The notes under the pieces were generated by a model. That model was given only the letters and a program-made list of their open reading frames with translations, was not told the DNA's origin and did not search any database. From the NCBI GenBank assembly GCA_039028615.1, contig JBCCHT010000001.1:480001-544000 (forward strand): DNA of 64,000 nucleotides, given 5' to 3'. The translations under genes were made by a program, and so were the position numbers. The number at the start of each line of letters is the position of its first letter. Within the stretch, counting starts at the first letter, position 1. Shown here piece by piece: positions 20,007 through 28,736 of the stretch. The stretch comes from Myxococcota bacterium (GTDB lineage Bacteria > Myxococcota_A > Polyangia > Nannocystales > Nannocystaceae).

Positions 20007-20163
20007 TCGTTCGTCCTTTCGTCAACCGGGGGTTCGTCCCCCACTTGGGGAGTGTCACAATCCCCACTTCGGATCAGACGACGACGAGAAAACCGACGAC
20101 ATTCGAACATGGCCCGTTGTGCCCAACCGCAGTGCACGAGTTCGGGCCACATCGAATCGAGGC

Positions 20164-21210
20164 TCAGGCTGCGGGCGCGCGCGTGATTCCTTGGTTCCCC
20201 GCGGCGTGCGGCAGCAGGTAGCGCTTGGTGTCGGAGTACCAGTCCAGACCGCCGCGCAGCCAGGACACCAAGGCGTCGAGATAGGCCCGCTCGGCTTCGT
20301 TGGCATCGGCTTCGACGATGGCGAAGAGTCGATCGAAGGCGGTCAGCTCCTCGTTGCAGCGCACGATGGATCGCTGCATCGCTTCGCCCCAGTGCGAACC
20401 GTTTTCACGGGCGACGATCATCACCAGGTTGCTGGTGGTCTGATCGTAGAGTTCCTTCTCCAGGCCGTAGATGTCGTTGACCCAGCAGATGTGATTGGTG
20501 GCCATGATGTGCAGCTGCTGCACGAGAGGGTGCTCGACGAACGCGAGGTCGAGGCCTTCGATACACATGGCAGCGATGTCGAAGCACGGCGGCACCGCGC
20601 TGATGAGGGGCCGGAGCCGATCGTAGGTGGCCAGGCTGGGCGCCTCGCCGCGGATTCGCAGGTCGCGTTCCCAGCGACAGCCGATCACGTACTCCTCGAA
20701 GTGCTGGCCGAAGCGCTCGAGCCAGGTCCACTTGGCGAAGGTCGCGGCGCGTCGGCGAATGTCGGCGAGGGCACGCTCGAGCGGCTCGAGCGGGGCGCTC
20801 GTCATCCGCCCGTGACCAATCGCGATGAGTCGATCTTCGGTCACGGTCAGGGCGGCGGCGTAGGCCGGGTTCTCGGTCTGGGTGGTGTCGCAGCGGTCGT
20901 CGTAGAAGAACAGGAAGGTGATCCAGTCGGACACGAGCTCGAGCTGCTCGACGGTGACCTGGGGATAGGCCCGCGCGGCGAGCCACGCGAACTTGGCCGC
21001 GTTGAGGGTCGCGGTCTCGGGACCTTCGGCCGGGGCCAGACCCATGCGCACGACCCACTCCAGGGTCCGCTCGTGGGCGATGGCGACGTGTTCGTGGATT
21101 CGGGGCTCGTAGTCGCACTGCAGCGTGGCGGCGTTGGAGACGGAGTCCGAGGGCGAGGGGACGGGGAGATCGAGGAGTTTCATCGGGGCTTGGGGGGCTT
21201 GGGGGCTCAC
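20164..21210 (-). CDS. Class I terpene synthase (cyclase)
   Basis: FFYDDRCD (DDxxD), NDIYGLEKE (NSE triad), WYSDTKRY (WxxxxxRY); alternative ATG at 21183. Confidence 0.92.
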   Translation of the reverse strand: MSPQAPQAPMKLLDLPVPSPSDSVSNAATLQCDYEPRIHEHVAIAHERTLEWVVRMGLAPAEGPETATLNAAKFAWLAARAYPQVTVEQLELVSDWITFLFFYDDRCDTTQTENPAYAAALTVTEDRLIAIGHGRMTSAPLEPLERALADIRRRAATFAKWTWLERFGQHFEEYVIGCRWERDLRIRGEAPSLATYDRLRPLISAVPPCFDIAAMCIEGLDLAFVEHPLVQQLHIMATNHICWVNDIYGLEKELYDQTTSNLVMIVARENGSHWGEAMQRSIVRCNEELTAFDRLFAIVEADANEAERAYLDALVSWLRGGLDWYSDTKRYLLPHAAGNQGITRAPAA

Positions 21211-21266
21211 CCCTGTCGTGCCCGCAGCGCCCCGAGCGGATCACGGCCGCCCCGATTTCACGCCGG

Positions 21267-21959
21267 TCACGGCTTCGCGGGCGGCGTCCGCCCCTCGTCA
21301 CAGGCCCGCTGCACCCGCTCGATGAACGCCCGCTCCTCGTCGCGCATGGTCAGGCTCCAGCGGTCTTTGATCCGCACCCACTCGCTCACGTAGTCGCAGC
21401 GATAGGCGGGGTTGGCCGGCATCCAGTGGTCGGGCGCCTTGTCGCTCTTGGCCCGGTTGGAGCCGCGCTCCACCGCCACCAGGTGCCCGGCGTCGCTCAG
21501 CTCGTTGGCGTAGATTTCCCGCCGCTCACGGCTCCACGCGTGCCCCCCGGAGCGATGCGCCTCGTGCAGCGGCACCATGTGATCGACGTCGAGCTTGCTC
21601 GGGTCGGTGATGACCTTGCCGGTATAGGGGCATCGCCAGCGACCGCGGGTGACCTTGCAGTGCTTGTTGGTCTTGAAGGAGACCGGAGTCTCCGACTCCG
21701 CCTCGAGCACCTCGTGTCGGGTGTTCTGGCAGTCGTCGTCGGCGTCGGTCCAGTGGCGCCAGTCGTCGCGATCGTAGTTGGTCGGCGCTTCGGTCTGCGT
21801 CGGCGTGCCGCCGCCGGGCAGCTCGGTGGGCAAGACCTCCTCGAGCCACCCCTGCTGCTTCATCCACAGCAGCACGATGGCGATGACGATGACCCAGCGG
21901 AAGCGGCGAAGGAGCCGGCGCAAGGGCCGGAGCATGCGGGGGGATCGGCGACGGCCCAT
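21267..21959 (-). CDS. Membrane-anchored HNH endonuclease (DUF1524-like)
   Basis: N-terminal TM; YDRDDW, CQNTRHEVL, LDVDHMVPL, NRAKSDK.P..W.P, CDY...W..IK. Confidence 0.85.
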   Translation of the reverse strand: MGRRRSPRMLRPLRRLLRRFRWVIVIAIVLLWMKQQGWLEEVLPTELPGGGTPTQTEAPTNYDRDDWRHWTDADDDCQNTRHEVLEAESETPVSFKTNKHCKVTRGRWRCPYTGKVITDPSKLDVDHMVPLHEAHRSGGHAWSRERREIYANELSDAGHLVAVERGSNRAKSDKAPDHWMPANPAYRCDYVSEWVRIKDRWSLTMRDEERAFIERVQRACDEGRTPPAKP

Positions 21960-22008
21960 CGCGAGCAGTCTGCGTCGGGCCAACCTCTGCGCGCAAGGAA
22001 TCGGCGGC

Positions 22009-23016
22009 TCAGCTCTCGGGATCGCGCCCGAGCCGAGCCACCAGCATGGTGGCGAAGAACCCGGCGATCACCAGCCCGAGCGCGGTGCCGATCTGCCCCC
22101 CGGAGGGGTCGAAGTATGCGGTCGGGTAATCCTTGGGCTCGAGCTCGGCCAGCGTCTCGGCGGTGAGCGCCCGGCCCTTGACCACGTCGCCGACCTCGGG
22201 CTTTTGCCCCTGCTGGAAGGGCCACAGCCCCACCACCGCGCCGACCAGCAGACCGAGCAGAACCCCCAGGGTCTGCTGCTCGTAGCGCGCCAGCAGCCAC
22301 TTGAGCACGTTGCTGACCACCGCGATGCCGACCACCACGCCCAAGCCCACGGGGAGGACGACGCCGAGCAGCGGATCCATGAGCGCACCGAAGTCGCCCG
22401 CCTTGAGCGCAACCTTGACCTCCTCGATGCCCGACAAGATCGCGACGTAGACCCCGAGCACGAGCAGCAGGTAGCCGCCGCTCACCCCCGGCAGGATCAT
22501 CGCGCTGGCTCCCGCCACGCCCGCGAGGAACATCATCACGAAGCCCGCGCTGTCGGCCCCCGCTCCGGAGTGGCCCGCCGATTGCGACAGGCCCAGCAAC
22601 GCCATGCCGGCGAAGCCCACCCCCGCCGAGGCCCACACGGCCACGGGCAGCGGCCGCTTCATCATGCGCCAGATGACCGGCACGCCACCCAGGGTCAGCC
22701 CGATGAAGATGCTGTACGCGACCCAGCGGTGCTCGATGACGAAGTCCTTGACCACCCCGGCCAGGCCGACGATCGCCAGCATGGCCGAAGCGACGACGAT
22801 GGCGAGCACCAGGATGGACTGGCGCCGCAGCTTGAGGGTGGTGACGTCGGCCACCGCCCGAATGAAGTGCGGGTAGATGCCCGCCGCGAGCAGCATGGTG
22901 CCGCCGCTGATTCCGGGCACCAGGTTGGCGAGGCCCATCAGCAGACCGCCCACGCCTCCTCGAAGCGCAAGGGTGCCGGTGGGAAGGCTCGGAGTGTCGT
23001 CTTCGATGGTGGCCAC
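22009..23016 (-). CDS. DUF368 family membrane protein (putative undecaprenyl-phosphate translocase)
   Basis: Duplicated motifs GLLMGLANLVPGISGGT and AMILPGVSGG; polytopic. Confidence 0.88.
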   Translation of the reverse strand: MATIEDDTPSLPTGTLALRGGVGGLLMGLANLVPGISGGTMLLAAGIYPHFIRAVADVTTLKLRRQSILVLAIVVASAMLAIVGLAGVVKDFVIEHRWVAYSIFIGLTLGGVPVIWRMMKRPLPVAVWASAGVGFAGMALLGLSQSAGHSGAGADSAGFVMMFLAGVAGASAMILPGVSGGYLLLVLGVYVAILSGIEEVKVALKAGDFGALMDPLLGVVLPVGLGVVVGIAVVSNVLKWLLARYEQQTLGVLLGLLVGAVVGLWPFQQGQKPEVGDVVKGRALTAETLAELEPKDYPTAYFDPSGGQIGTALGLVIAGFFATMLVARLGRDPES

Positions 23017-23138
23017 GGGCGTCCTGGGAACGAGCCGGGAGGCTAGCAGCAAGGACGAACCGGCCCTCAACCCCCCGTTTTCATTGAATTTCACCATCCA
23101 TCCCCACCCGCGGCGACGGTTGCTGCGATCATGGAAGC

Positions 23139-24851
23139 GTGACCGTCGTCCCGGCCTATCTCCAGGACTTCATCTGCGAGGGCAAGGTCATTCCCTTCGT
23201 CGGCGCGGGCGTATCGATGGCGGTGCGACGCACCGACGGCCGCGCCTGCTACCCGAGCTGGAAGGACTTGCTCGGGCGAGCCGCCGCGCGCCTCACTCGA
23301 GAAGGCAAGCCCGAAGCGGCCGCGACGGTGCAGGACCTGCTCGCGAAGAACGACTACCTCGAGGCGTCCACCCACGCCCGCAAGGCGCTGCGCAACAACT
23401 GGTACCGCTTCCTCAAGTCTCAGCTCTCCTTTCGAAGGGACGAGATCGACACCGAGAGCCTGGCGCTGGCGCGAGCGATCTGGGACCTGGGCAGCCGGCT
23501 CATCATCACCACCAACTACGACCGCGTGCTGCTGTGGGGGTGCCCCGAGCTGCCCGATCTCCATCGCTGGGACATCGACGCGCCCTACGAGCAGGTCGCC
23601 GCGCTCCGCGATGGCGTCGAGGCGCCCACGCTGTGGCACCTGCACGGCACCATCGACAACGTCACCAAGCTCATCCTGACCCCCGACGGGTACCAGCGCC
23701 TCTATCCCGATTTCGAAGACGGCTCGGGCGTCCCCACCGAGCAGCGCCACCACGCCGCGCTGAAGACCCTGCAGCAACACCTCACCTCGTACTCGTTCCT
23801 CTTCATCGGCTTCAGCCTGGACGACGCCGCGTTGCTCGGACAGCTCCAGGAGGTCGACGACCTGTTCGAGGGTGCCGCGGCGCAGCACTACATCCTCGCG
23901 CGGGAGGCCGAGCGAGAAGCGATGACCCAGAAGATCGAGCAATGGAATCTGCCCGTCGATGTGGTGACCTTCGCCGACTTCGGGCCACCCCTGCTCGATA
24001 GCCTGGCTCAGATGGCTCGCTACACCCGGCAGCCGGAGGTCTCACCGACGGCGTCGAAGCCGACGAGCCCCTCCACGCCCGCTCCCCGGCCGCCGACCAG
24101 CGCCGCCTCACCGCCGCCGCCTCCCGCGGGCGCCCCCGCAGCGCCGAGCGAAGCCCTGGCGCACGACGACGATGACGCGGGCGAGATCGACGAAGACGGG
24201 CTGAACCTCCTGCTCGGCGCCTCCCCTCCCTCGCGCAAGCTGGCCGTCGACGCCGACCCGTCGCGGGCCAAGGGCGCGTCGGCGGGTGAACGCCGCCGGC
24301 GCGGCGGGCGACGCGAGTCCCAGCGGGTCCTTCGCGACGGCGGAGCACGCCCCGCCAGCCCGGTGCCGCCGCACAGGCCCAAACGGAGCGCCGAGCCGGT
24401 CGCCAAGTCCGACCACGCTCCGCGGGACCCGGCCGAGCCGGACGAGCAGCTGCTCCTGCTTTCGAGACGGCTCTACGCGCGGCCCCTGCACGAGCGTCGG
24501 GTGGCGGCCCGCCGCGTCGCCGAGCTGACCGAGGCCGTCTCGCTCGACTCGCTGCTGTCGCTGTCGACCTCGGCCGAGCCGGAGCACCGCGTCGCCGCGG
24601 GCATCGGCCTGCGCACCCACCTCGAGATCGACCCCCGCCTCGCCGACGATCCCCGCATCCATCGCGCCGTGGAACGGGGACTGACCGATGGCCAAGCGCG
24701 TGTCCGCTATCGCTTCCTCGAGTCGATCCAGGCCGCGACCACGCTCATCGACCCCGTCCGCAACACGCTGGAGGCGCTGCGCGACGACCCCAACGCACCC
24801 GTGGCCAGCAAAGCCCGGGAGACCCTCGACCTGGGCCCCAGCGAGGGCTGA
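23139..24851 (+). CDS. SIR2-like (SIR2_2) domain protein with C-terminal HEAT-like repeats
   Basis: FVGAGVS, PSWKDLL, ITTNYD, HLHG, FLFIGFSLDD; Pro-rich linker; HEAT-like helices (LTDGQARVRYR, LRDDPNAPVASKA). Confidence 0.85.
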   Translation: MTVVPAYLQDFICEGKVIPFVGAGVSMAVRRTDGRACYPSWKDLLGRAAARLTREGKPEAAATVQDLLAKNDYLEASTHARKALRNNWYRFLKSQLSFRRDEIDTESLALARAIWDLGSRLIITTNYDRVLLWGCPELPDLHRWDIDAPYEQVAALRDGVEAPTLWHLHGTIDNVTKLILTPDGYQRLYPDFEDGSGVPTEQRHHAALKTLQQHLTSYSFLFIGFSLDDAALLGQLQEVDDLFEGAAAQHYILAREAEREAMTQKIEQWNLPVDVVTFADFGPPLLDSLAQMARYTRQPEVSPTASKPTSPSTPAPRPPTSAASPPPPPAGAPAAPSEALAHDDDDAGEIDEDGLNLLLGASPPSRKLAVDADPSRAKGASAGERRRRGGRRESQRVLRDGGARPASPVPPHRPKRSAEPVAKSDHAPRDPAEPDEQLLLLSRRLYARPLHERRVAARRVAELTEAVSLDSLLSLSTSAEPEHRVAAGIGLRTHLEIDPRLADDPRIHRAVERGLTDGQARVRYRFLESIQAATTLIDPVRNTLEALRDDPNAPVASKARETLDLGPSEG

Positions 24852-24881
24852 GCGGGGCGCTTCGCCTCCGCGGCGCTGCTC

Positions 24882-24937
24882 TTGCACTCTCGTATTTAAA
24901 ACATCTTGAATAGTTTTTATGATCTCCTAGGTTTTGC
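24882..24937 (+). promoter_or_regulatory. AT-rich promoter/operator of the globin-regulator operon
   Basis: AAAAC-N10-GTTTT inverted repeat at 24898-24917, TATGAT -10 at 24918-24923, TTGCAC at 24882; sharply AT-rich against the GC-rich background. Confidence 0.55.
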
Positions 24938-25333
24938 GTGGACATCATGTTCGCGCCCGCCACCATCGCCGAGACCGCGACCTTCACCCCCGAAGCCATC
25001 CAAGCCATGGTCCACGCGTTCTACGACCGGGTTCGCCACGATCCCCTGCTGGCGCCCGTATTCGACCGACGCATCACCGACTGGGGCCCGCACCTGCAAC
25101 GCATGACCGCCTTTTGGTCGTCGGTGCTCCGCGGCACCTCGGACTTTCGCCCCTCCCCGCGCGGCGGACCCCCGGTGCTGCACCGAGCCATCGCCGAGCT
25201 GACCCCCGAGCACTTCGAGCGTTGGCTGGCGCTGTTCGAGTCCGTCGTGCGGGAGCGCTTCACCCCGGGCGCAGCCGATCACGTGCTTCGCCGGGCGCAT
25301 CGCATGGGCCGCGCGTTGTCGGCTCACCTGTGA
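24938..25333 (+). CDS. Group III truncated hemoglobin
   Basis: FYDRVRHDPLLAPVF, WGPHLQRMTAFWSSV, H...HFERWLALF. Confidence 0.9.
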   Translation: MDIMFAPATIAETATFTPEAIQAMVHAFYDRVRHDPLLAPVFDRRITDWGPHLQRMTAFWSSVLRGTSDFRPSPRGGPPVLHRAIAELTPEHFERWLALFESVVRERFTPGAADHVLRRAHRMGRALSAHL

Positions 25334-25340
25334 CCCACGC

Positions 25341-26033
25341 GTGCCGGACTCCGATCCCATCCTCGACGCGGGCCCCGAGTCCGCCGTTCGCCGCGAGCTG
25401 CTCGCTCGCATCAAGCGGGCCGGCACCGCACGCATCGATGCCCTGGTCGAGGCGATCGGCCTGTCGAAGACCGCGGTACGCGGGCACCTGCTGCGCCTGG
25501 AGACGCTGGGTCTGGTCGAGCGGGTCGTCGTTCCCGGCCGAGGTCGCGGCCGGCCGCCGCTGGCGTTTCTGGTCACCGCCCGCACCGAGCCGCTGTTTCC
25601 CACCAGCGACGGCGCCATGCTGACCTCACTGTTGCAGTTCCTCGATGCCCAGGGGCAGGCGCCGCTCGTGACCGCCTTCTTCGAGCGTCTGTGGCAAGGC
25701 CGTACCGAGCGTCTCGAGGCCGAGCTGCATCGTCGCAGCCGCGGTCGCCCCCCGGGACCCCGCCTTCGCCTCACCGTATTGCAAGAACACCTCGAGCAGC
25801 ACGACTTCATGCCGGTCGTGCGAACCGAGCGGGACGAGCCCGGCTCGATCACCGTCGAGGCCTGTCACTGCCCCTTTCCTTCCGTCGTGCGGGCGACCCG
25901 GCTGCCCTGCCGACTGGAGTCGAAGTTCGTGGAGCACGCCCTCGATGCCTCGCTGGTGGAGCTGCGGGTGGCCGGGCCCGAGGCGTCCAGCTGCGTGTTT
26001 CGCCTGAAGCGGCGACCCGCCAAAGCGGGATGA
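25341..26033 (+). CDS. Winged-HTH transcriptional regulator, SufR-like with C-terminal Cys ligands
   Basis: GLSKTAVRGHLLRLETLGLV, GRGRP, then CHCPF...C..E...C. Confidence 0.8.
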   Translation: MPDSDPILDAGPESAVRRELLARIKRAGTARIDALVEAIGLSKTAVRGHLLRLETLGLVERVVVPGRGRGRPPLAFLVTARTEPLFPTSDGAMLTSLLQFLDAQGQAPLVTAFFERLWQGRTERLEAELHRRSRGRPPGPRLRLTVLQEHLEQHDFMPVVRTERDEPGSITVEACHCPFPSVVRATRLPCRLESKFVEHALDASLVELRVAGPEASSCVFRLKRRPAKAG

Positions 26034-26423
26034 GCTCCGCCCCCGCGTAGGCACGCGGGCTCGATCATCGAGTGCCCGCGAACGCGCGGAGCCATGGTTG
26101 AAGACGTCGGCCCCCGTACCCTCTTCGCCTCCCACGGTTTCCTGATCGAACGCAGAAATCGACGCGAAATCGAACGCGGTTCCGAGATCTCTCATGCCCG
26201 CGCACGATGGCGCACGAAACCGCCTTCGGAGCACGAAAACATCAATCCGAGGCGAAAAAACTTAATCCGGCTCGGCTCCGCGATCGACTTGTGAGGGTGG
26301 GTGGCCCCGAGCCCTCGCCAACGCCTTCGAGCCCGCGCGCCAACGAGTGCATGCGCGGTGCGAGATGGCATGCGCACCGGCTCGGAGCGGGGAACAAAAA
26401 ACCTCTCCAGGGGAACAGGGCCC

Positions 26424-26708
26424 ATGAAACACACTCGACACTCGCACTCCACTCCCGCGATGGGGGACGGCTCGCGCGGCCGCCCGCCCGGTCATTGCTT
26501 GGACCGAAGCCGCCTCCGCTCGCTTCGCGCTCAGCGGGGTCTGACGCAGGTCGGACTCGCGGATCGAGCCGGGCTGACCCGTCGAACGGTCGCCACCGCC
26601 GAGAGCGGCCGACCCGTCTCGCTGCAGACGGCACACTCGATCGCCGACGCCGTGGGAGTGGAACTGGGGGAGCTTCTGCAAATCGCAACAGCTCACTCAA
26701 TTGCATAA
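26424..26708 (+). CDS. XRE-family HTH protein
   Basis: LRSLRAQRGLTQVGLADRAGLTRRTVATAESG...IADAVGV. Confidence 0.8.
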   Translation: MKHTRHSHSTPAMGDGSRGRPPGHCLDRSRLRSLRAQRGLTQVGLADRAGLTRRTVATAESGRPVSLQTAHSIADAVGVELGELLQIATAHSIA

Positions 26709-26838
26709 TTGACCGTCAATCATTCACACACTCTCATGCGCCTTAGTTTCACATTTCTTTCACTTGCTGACCGTATGTCCCGGTCGCTATCACCAAGACA
26801 CGGGGCCACCTCAGGCCGCGTCGAAAGATAGAAGAACG

Positions 26839-27384
26839 ATGATCAAAAAAGCGACTTCCGTCGTCATCAGCACCTGCTTGGCCGCCGCTTCGTGCCTCCT
26901 CGGCGTCACCGTGGCACCCACCGAGTCGAACGCCGCCGATGGCAAAATCGTCCATGGCACCGTTTGCCAGGAGTCCTCCAACTACAGCTCTGCTCGGCAC
27001 TATCTGGGCGGCTACTACTCCTCGGGCGGCTCCTCCTATGTCACCTGCCCCCTCATTCGCGACTCGATCGACAAGGACCTCGACTACGTCCGGGTGCACT
27101 GGGATCTCGCGAACGTGAGCAACGGTACCAACATCACCACGCGGGTCTACTCCTGCGGCCCCTTCGGCGAGACCTGCTACTACCAGCAGGCCAACATCAC
27201 GCGTAGCGAGACCGGCGGCGTGGGAGCCACCGACGCCTACTTCCAGACCTTCTGGAACACCGACTCGCTGCAGGACGCCCACCAGGGCGGCGTGTACGAC
27301 AACTACGCGTACGCGTTCTCCGTGTGGAGCTTCGTCCCCACCGGCGGCGAGCTCATCGGTATCTACACCCACGAGGATACCTAG
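26839..27384 (+). CDS. Secreted hypothetical protein (four Cys in mature part)
   Basis: Sec signal ending SNA-A; DGKIVHGTVC, VTCPLIRD; Tyr/Ser-rich beta-type composition. Confidence 0.7.
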   Translation: MIKKATSVVISTCLAAASCLLGVTVAPTESNAADGKIVHGTVCQESSNYSSARHYLGGYYSSGGSSYVTCPLIRDSIDKDLDYVRVHWDLANVSNGTNITTRVYSCGPFGETCYYQQANITRSETGGVGATDAYFQTFWNTDSLQDAHQGGVYDNYAYAFSVWSFVPTGGELIGIYTHEDT

Positions 27385-27395
27385 GCGGTACCGAG

Positions 27396-28064
27396 ATGAA
27401 GCGCATCGTCATTGTCAGTGGTGGACTCATTGCTTTCGCGGCGGCCTTGGCGGTGACGCTTCATCGCCCCGACGAACCCGAGAACAAGCCCGAAGCCGTC
27501 GTCGACGCTTCGGCCAAGCGGGCCTTGTCCGAGGCACGCGCCGCGCGGGCCGAGCTCGCCGACCTTCGGTCGCAAATCGGTCAGCTCGATCGCAGCGGGC
27601 GTCGCAGTGTGGCCCCGGCCCTACCTCGGGATGCGGCCGCCCCCGCCGCAGCGCATGCCCAGCCCGCGCCCTCGCGCCCTTCGTTCATGGAGCTCGAGCC
27701 CGAGGAGCAGATGGAAGCGGCGCGCAACCGGGCCGACGAGGTTCAGGAGACCTTCGAGGACACCCTCGAGTCCGAGCCGCGAGACTCCGAGTGGGCCAAC
27801 ACCGCCGAGCGCACCCTTGCCCACTCCCTCGACAGCTTCGACGCGGCCGGGAGGGCCCAAGTCGTCAGCTCGAAGTGTGGCAGCACCATCTGCATGGCCG
27901 AGCTCGAGTTCGCCGACCGCGACACCGCGGAAGAGCTACGCCATCACATCACCATCGGCGAAGAGTTCGGGTTCACGCGGCGGAGCAGCGCGCCGGGGGA
28001 GTTGCCGCTGCGGCAGGTCTACTTCCTGGCTCGGCCGGGACACAGGCTGCCGATGCCGTCGTGA
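27396..28064 (+). CDS. Membrane-anchored hypothetical protein (coiled coil plus EPRDxxWA...CxxxxC domain)
   Basis: N-terminal TM, coiled coil, EPRDSEWA, KCGSTIC; starts 11 nt after the preceding stop. Confidence 0.7.
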   Translation: MKRIVIVSGGLIAFAAALAVTLHRPDEPENKPEAVVDASAKRALSEARAARAELADLRSQIGQLDRSGRRSVAPALPRDAAAPAAAHAQPAPSRPSFMELEPEEQMEAARNRADEVQETFEDTLESEPRDSEWANTAERTLAHSLDSFDAAGRAQVVSSKCGSTICMAELEFADRDTAEELRHHITIGEEFGFTRRSSAPGELPLRQVYFLARPGHRLPMPS

Positions 28065-28135
28065 ACGTGGTCGGGGCGTCGGGGCGCGGGCGAGCACCGA
28101 GTGGGTTCGGGGCTCGCTCGCGCACGCGTCGTGGG

Positions 28136-28699
28136 TCAGCCCGGACTGGCCTTGGCTCGGCGCTGGGCCTCTTCGCCCAAGGCCGTCGTCTCGGCCTCCA
28201 TCCCTGCCATCAGCTTCGGCCCGTAGCGCCTCTCCGCCATCGCGCGCATCGATCCGCCGAGGGTCAGCACCTGCTCGATCCGCGTGCGCCCGTCCGCCGT
28301 CGCCGTGAGCGTGCGGCACCGTAACCCGGTGACGAAGCCGGTGCTCGGCCCACCATCGCGCCAACAAAACCGGGTCGGAGCCTCCACCTCCACCACGCGA
28401 TGCCACATGTCGCGGTCGTCGTCCCCGAGCTGCACCGTGATGTCCACGCGCTCGCCGACCTCCAGCGGCCCTTCGGCGCGCGTGATCCAGGGATTCCAGG
28501 CCTCGTAGCTCGGCAAGTCGGTCAGCGTCGCCCAGACCACGTCGATGGGCGCATCGAGGACGGCCTCGTACTCGAACACCACCGTCTTGGGCGGGCGCGG
28601 GATCTTGCGATCGCGACCGGGGTCGTAGGGACGGCACGCTCCCGCGACGACGAGAGTTCCGCACAGCAGCGCCAGCGGGACGAGGCTCCGGGAAGGCAT
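28136..28699 (-). CDS. SRPBCC (polyketide cyclase/START-like) lipoprotein
   Basis: Lipobox VAGAC; DAPIDVVWATLTDLPSYEAWNPWI. Confidence 0.8.
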   Translation of the reverse strand: MPSRSLVPLALLCGTLVVAGACRPYDPGRDRKIPRPPKTVVFEYEAVLDAPIDVVWATLTDLPSYEAWNPWITRAEGPLEVGERVDITVQLGDDDRDMWHRVVEVEAPTRFCWRDGGPSTGFVTGLRCRTLTATADGRTRIEQVLTLGGSMRAMAERRYGPKLMAGMEAETTALGEEAQRRAKASPG

Positions 28700-28736
28700 G
28701 CGCCGAACAGAGTACCTCGCCCGCCCCGAGCGTCGC

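Noticed and set aside
21267..24851. HNH nuclease plus SIR2 as a two-gene defence system or island
   Set aside because: They are on opposite strands, separated by DUF368; the nuclease appears exported; there are no mobility genes or other defence genes nearby.
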